From assembly GCA_964188305.1 (NCBI GenBank), contig OZ076888.1: 64,000 nucleotides of DNA; one strand, 5' to 3'. The DNA is from Podarcis bocagei. Taxonomy: Eukaryota. Under the pieces are notes generated by a model. It was not told the origin of the DNA, searched no databases, and saw nothing but the letters and a program-made list of their open reading frames with translations. Position 1 is the first letter of the stretch, and each line of letters begins with the position of its first letter. This document shows, piece after piece, positions 60,401-64,000 of the stretch. A program made the position numbers and the translations under genes.

Positions 60401-62504
60401 CAACTGGAAGGCACCATGTTGTCTATTCCTGTTTTACAGAATCCCCACTTTAGGGCACCTGCATTATGGTTTGACGAGGTGTACTGAGATATTAATGAAA
60501 AAGAGTGTGAAAAGAGAAATCCATGCACATTCCCACCTACTGGGTATACCACTTCTCTTGAAGGTGCCACCAAACTCAGCTGTCCTGTGTATTTCCCAGT
60601 CTTTTCTGTTTTTGCTTCAGGCAAATTGAAAATTTGTTTTAATTTCCAAAATCTGAGCTTCATGGGCCCTTTGAGGATGTAGCAATTTAATATTAAATGT
60701 TGAACCAACTAAATGAACCCCAGGAAGAAGTGGAGAATGAAACAATCCCGATAAAATTAAGCACTTCTAAATCATACTGGTTTGAAGGTGATATTTTAGG
60801 ATGCACTACATATTCTTTACCACCACCCCTGCTAAGTACACTGATCAGATGGGATATAGCAGGGTCTAATTAGGAACCTGGGGGTCATGGCAGAGAGCTC
60901 AATGAAATTATCAGTACGTTGCAGTGAATAAGACAGCTTCAGATGATAAAGAAATGAACTGAAATGAAAACTGAGAGTACCACAATGTCCTTACACAATA
61001 CATTATAGCTTAGTCGGTAGAGAACGCAATTCTTAATCTCAGGATTGTTGGTTTGAGCCTCACCTTGGGCAAAGGTTTGCTGCATTGCAGCAGGTTGGAC
61101 TACGTTGTCCCTTTGAACTCTCTAATTCTGATTCTGTGATCTATGGTGTTGCCACATTTAGAATGTTGTGTACAGCTTTAGCTGTAGCTCAAAAAGGATG
61201 TTGTAGAGATAGAAACAGTGCAGAAAAGGGAGCATATTTCCATCACTAGTTACATCAGAGAAAGTATTCCATTGAATCCCAGTTACTGGGCTATTGCCTT
61301 CAGGCTCTGTTCAGGGACATGATGTTTGCAATTTGGTAAGTGGGGTGGTGGGACACGGGTGGTGCTGTGGGTTAAACCACAGAGCGTAGGACTTGCCAAC
61401 CAGAAGGTTGAAAATTCGAATCCCTGCGACGGGGTGAGCTCTCGTTGCTCAGTCCCTGCTCCTGCCAACCTAGCAGTTCGAAAGCACGAAGTGCAAGTAG
61501 ATAAATAGGTACCGCTCCGGCGGGAAGGTAAACGCCATTTCCATGTGCTGCTCTGGTTCGCCAGAAGCGACTTAGTCATGCTGGCCACATGACCTGTCTG
61601 CGGACAAACACCGGCTCCCTCGGCCAATAAAGCGAGATGAGCGCCGCAACCCCAGAGTCGGCCACGACTGGACCTAATGGTCAGGGGTCCCTTTACCTAA
61701 GTGGGGTGGTAGGAAAGCATACTCCTAAATTACTCCATATCCCCTAGACACCAGCAGAGTTAACCAAGGAAGGGGGCTGGGTGGCAGAACTGTGGTGAGA
61801 AGGGGCCATTTCGTAACCTTTGGCTTCCACCCACAGGTCAAACGAGAGTTACAACAGAGCCTCAGCAGAAAACAAACAAACAATCCTTTTGCTTTGGGCA
61901 ATTGTAAAGTTTAGATAATAATTATTAATCATTAGCCGGCTGGTCGCCAATGGTGACTCCCTCCCCCCTCCCCCCAAATCTCACGTGCAGCTCTGCAAAC
62001 AGACTATTGCCTGCCTCACTTCAAAGGCCATTTATGGGGGGCTGTTCCACGTGTCTTCCCCACAGGGCACGTGATTCCCTTCAATAAGAGGGAAGCAAAG
62101 GGGCCTGGTGCCAGGGGCGGCTCTTGCCTGCCATACGCCCGGGGTAGGGGGGTGGGCTTTGGTTTCTTGGCGGAAAAGCAGGCAGGAGCGCCCGGGGGGA
62201 CAGGCCCTCGAGCGCCCAGCACGACCTCATAACCCCGAGGACGCGCCTCCTGGACGGGGCGGGGGGTGCCGCGCTTTGGTTTGATTTGAGGTCACCTTGC
62301 CGAGGTCTGCGAGCGCCAGGCAAAAGCAGCCCCTCGCTCCCCCAGAGCGCGCTCTCGCAAGCCCAGCAGAACGCGCTCAGCCCCGCCGCCGCCGCCCCTC
62401 GTCGGCCTGTACGCACCCCCGGCGCTCATGGCTCGGATGGAGGCGGGCGCCGTGGCCCGCACAGCTCGCGGGAAGAGCCGGAGGAGCAGCAGCCTGGTCG
62501 CCAT
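57363..62504 (-). CDS. COX5B: Cytochrome c oxidase subunit 5B-family protein (probable COX5B2-type paralogue), 4 exons, 123 aa
   Basis: Join of 62504-62417, 59089-59019, 58549-58450 and 57475-57363 (88+71+100+113 = 372 nt) gives [123 protein letters not shown]. Arg-rich mitochondrial presequence, [11 protein letters not shown] motif, four Zn-binding Cys (CxC...CxxC), perfect Kozak gccATGG. Confidence 0.95.
58450..58549 (-). CDS. COX5B: COX5B-like exon 3
   Basis: aaag|GAT CCA TAC AAC...GGT TGT ATC T|gtaggt. Confidence 0.95.
59019..59089 (-). CDS. COX5B: COX5B-like exon 2
   Basis: ttttcag|GT ATC CCT ACG GAT GAA GAG CAA GCT ACT GGG...GGG GAA|gtaagt. Confidence 0.95.
59343..59540. mobile_element. 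Tc1/mariner MITE, same family as 42039, inverted
   Basis: TA|cagtcatacctc...gaggtaccacta|TA; shared gcgcagaag core. Confidence 0.8.
61000..61146 (+). mobile_element. tRNA-Lys(CTT)-headed SINE with CR1-type tail, degenerate
   Basis: tagcttagtcggtagag...tcttaatctcagg...ggtttgagcctcaccttgggc head; attctgattctgtga tail. Confidence 0.7.
61350..61697 (+). mobile_element. Full-length Sauria SINE (Squam1)
   Basis: gggacacgggtggtgctgtgg...ggggtccctttacc; 13-bp TSD TAAGTGGGGTGGT at 61337-61349 and 61698-61710. Confidence 0.92.
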
Positions 62505-62700
62505 GGCGGAGATGCGGGGATCCGACGGCGGAGCAAGGTCAGCCAGCCTTGCAGCTGTCGCCGGCGCTCACGGGAGGCGGCCACTCCCACCAGAGGGAGG
62601 GGCAGCGGGCCACCGCCGGCAACACCAGCCCGAAGCGGGGCTGAGCGCCCCCAGGCTCAGGGCTGTGGGTCATTCATGGGCTTCCCCCCCCCCCAAGTTT
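62100..62700 (-). promoter_or_regulatory. CpG island / promoter of the COX5B-like gene
   Basis: GC/CpG-rich tract over exon 1; ERR-type half site CAAGGTCA 62534-62541; YY1-like ATGGCGG core overlapping the start codon. Confidence 0.8.
62417..62504 (-). CDS. COX5B: COX5B-like exon 1 (mitochondrial presequence)
   Basis: tccgccATGG...ATG AGC GCC GGG G|gtgcgt. Confidence 0.9.
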
Positions 62701-62751
62701 TCGCCAGCTTGGTGCTCCCCCCCATCGTGAAGAGCACAACTCCCATCATCC

Positions 62752-63192
62752 CATACCTGCCAACATTTCTCCGATGACAACAGGGACGTCCCATTTCATA
62801 ATGATAATTTTACTATTTATACCCCACACATCTTACTGGGCTGCCCCAACCTATAGCTGTCAACTTTCAGATTTGAAAATAAGGGATCAGCAGCCTCACC
62901 TGTCCCGGGGACAGTCTACGGGATATCTAACAATCCGGGGAAGCAGCGCTGGAATAAGGGAATTTCCCACAAAAAAAGGGAAGGTTGACAGCTATGCCCC
63001 AGCCGCTCTGGGCAGCTTCCAACATATATGAAAACGTAATAAAATATTAACTCCATATCCTCCAAGATTTCTCCCAATGGAAATAGGGCCGTCCTAAGGA
63101 AAAGCGGGATGTTCCCGGGATCAAAGCAGAAACCAGGACGGCTTCACTAAATCAGGGACGTCCCTGGAAAACGGGGACACTTGGAGGGTCTG
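62752..63192. mobile_element. Nested hAT-like elements with a LINE-tail fragment
   Basis: Inner element 62852-62996 (tatagctgtcaac / gttgacagctatg, TSD CCCCAACC/CCCCAGCC) splits a LINE-tail-like sequence also seen about 48010-48105; outer ends catacctgccaac...ttggagggtctg. Confidence 0.7.
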
Positions 63193-64000
63193 TCATCCCC
63201 AGTGTCTGGAGGTTACCAGGCTGGGGAAGGCTTGGTTAACCCAAGGAATGGAGGAAGGGGGGATTTGCAATGCAGCACCTACACAGAGGCAAGGGCCAGG
63301 AAGGGTTGCACCAGTGCTTTCTTTCTAGAAAAATAGGTGCTGGTACTCACAAAGAAGTTGTTACAGTAAGTGCCACACTTTTTAACAGGAGGTGACGTTA
63401 TCTGTTTCAGAAGATGAGCAACCGCCTCCAAGAATGGTCTTAGAACTCAGGTATGTCCGTGTGGAATAAGATGACCCTTACTGGGTGTTTCACATGGCAA
63501 GGGGGCTCACAGAACAGTTTGCTATGAAATACAGCTAGGGCCAGAGAAAATGACAAGTCAAAGGTCTCCCCACTTAAAAAACAAAGACATTCATGCTCCT
63601 TCACATCATATGGGAATTTAGGCAGGTGCACCTGTCCAAATGCTCAGAGCTTTGTTATTATCCTGCCCATATTAACTGTCCTATTTTCTACTCTACAGGA
63701 GTCTCACTCCTAAAAAAGACAGGCAATCCTTGATCACACAACTACATGCTCCTTAGGTCTTTTATAGTTGCAGTTGCACAGCTGCTCTTACGGTTTCATA
63801 AATACAAGGTTATCAGATTAAAATATTTACATACAAAGTATTAATTGCATTTTATCATTTTATTAATGAGCCACCCAGTGAACACTGTTTTTGAGTGGCC
63901 TTATATATTATTAAAATAAAAATCAGAAAGAAAAATTCCTTTGTTTTTACTTTGAAAGTTACATTGCTGAACTGTGGCAGATTCTCCTCCATCTGTTGAG

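Noticed and set aside
62292-62416. Continuation of the 70-aa minus-strand ORF past SAGG
   Set aside because: This is read-through into intron 1; the phase-1 donor at 62417 is needed to join the COX5B exon 2 frame.
63780-64000. AT-rich tract with minus-strand AATAAA (about 63859) as the SIRT1 3' end
   Set aside because: Plausible by synteny, but no SIRT1 coding sequence is in the window and AATAAA is common at this AT content.

Overview
Vertebrate genomic DNA from a squamate reptile, probably a lacertid lizard, judged from Sauria/Squam-type SINEs and a BovB remnant. It is not prokaryotic, and most ORF-track entries are spurious. Three gene units were read by hand. (1) A complete HERC4 E3 ubiquitin ligase gene on + (CpG-island promoter about 24.9-25.6 kb, 24 coding exons from 29735 to 54718 including a 24-nt microexon, 1060 aa, all introns GT-AG and in phase). 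(2) A complete 4-exon, 123-aa COX5B-family gene on - (62504 to 57363), convergent with HERC4 and almost entirely missed by the ORF track. It sits where human has SIRT1, so it is probably a second COX5B paralogue that mammals lack; its promoter/intron 1 has an ERR-like site and three clustered CACGTG boxes. (3) Several exon-like, apparently non-coding segments on - in the first 20 kb, which by synteny may be 5' exons of MYPN (unproven). The remainder is intronic or intergenic and rich in SINEs, hAT and Tc1/mariner MITEs, LINE 3' ends and a solo LTR. Notable small-scale features are a perfect 87-bp inverted duplication fused to a SINE tail in a HERC4 intron, tandem uORFs before the HERC4 ATG, and nested transposons just upstream of the COX5B-like gene. 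Family names come from recall, not from database searches.
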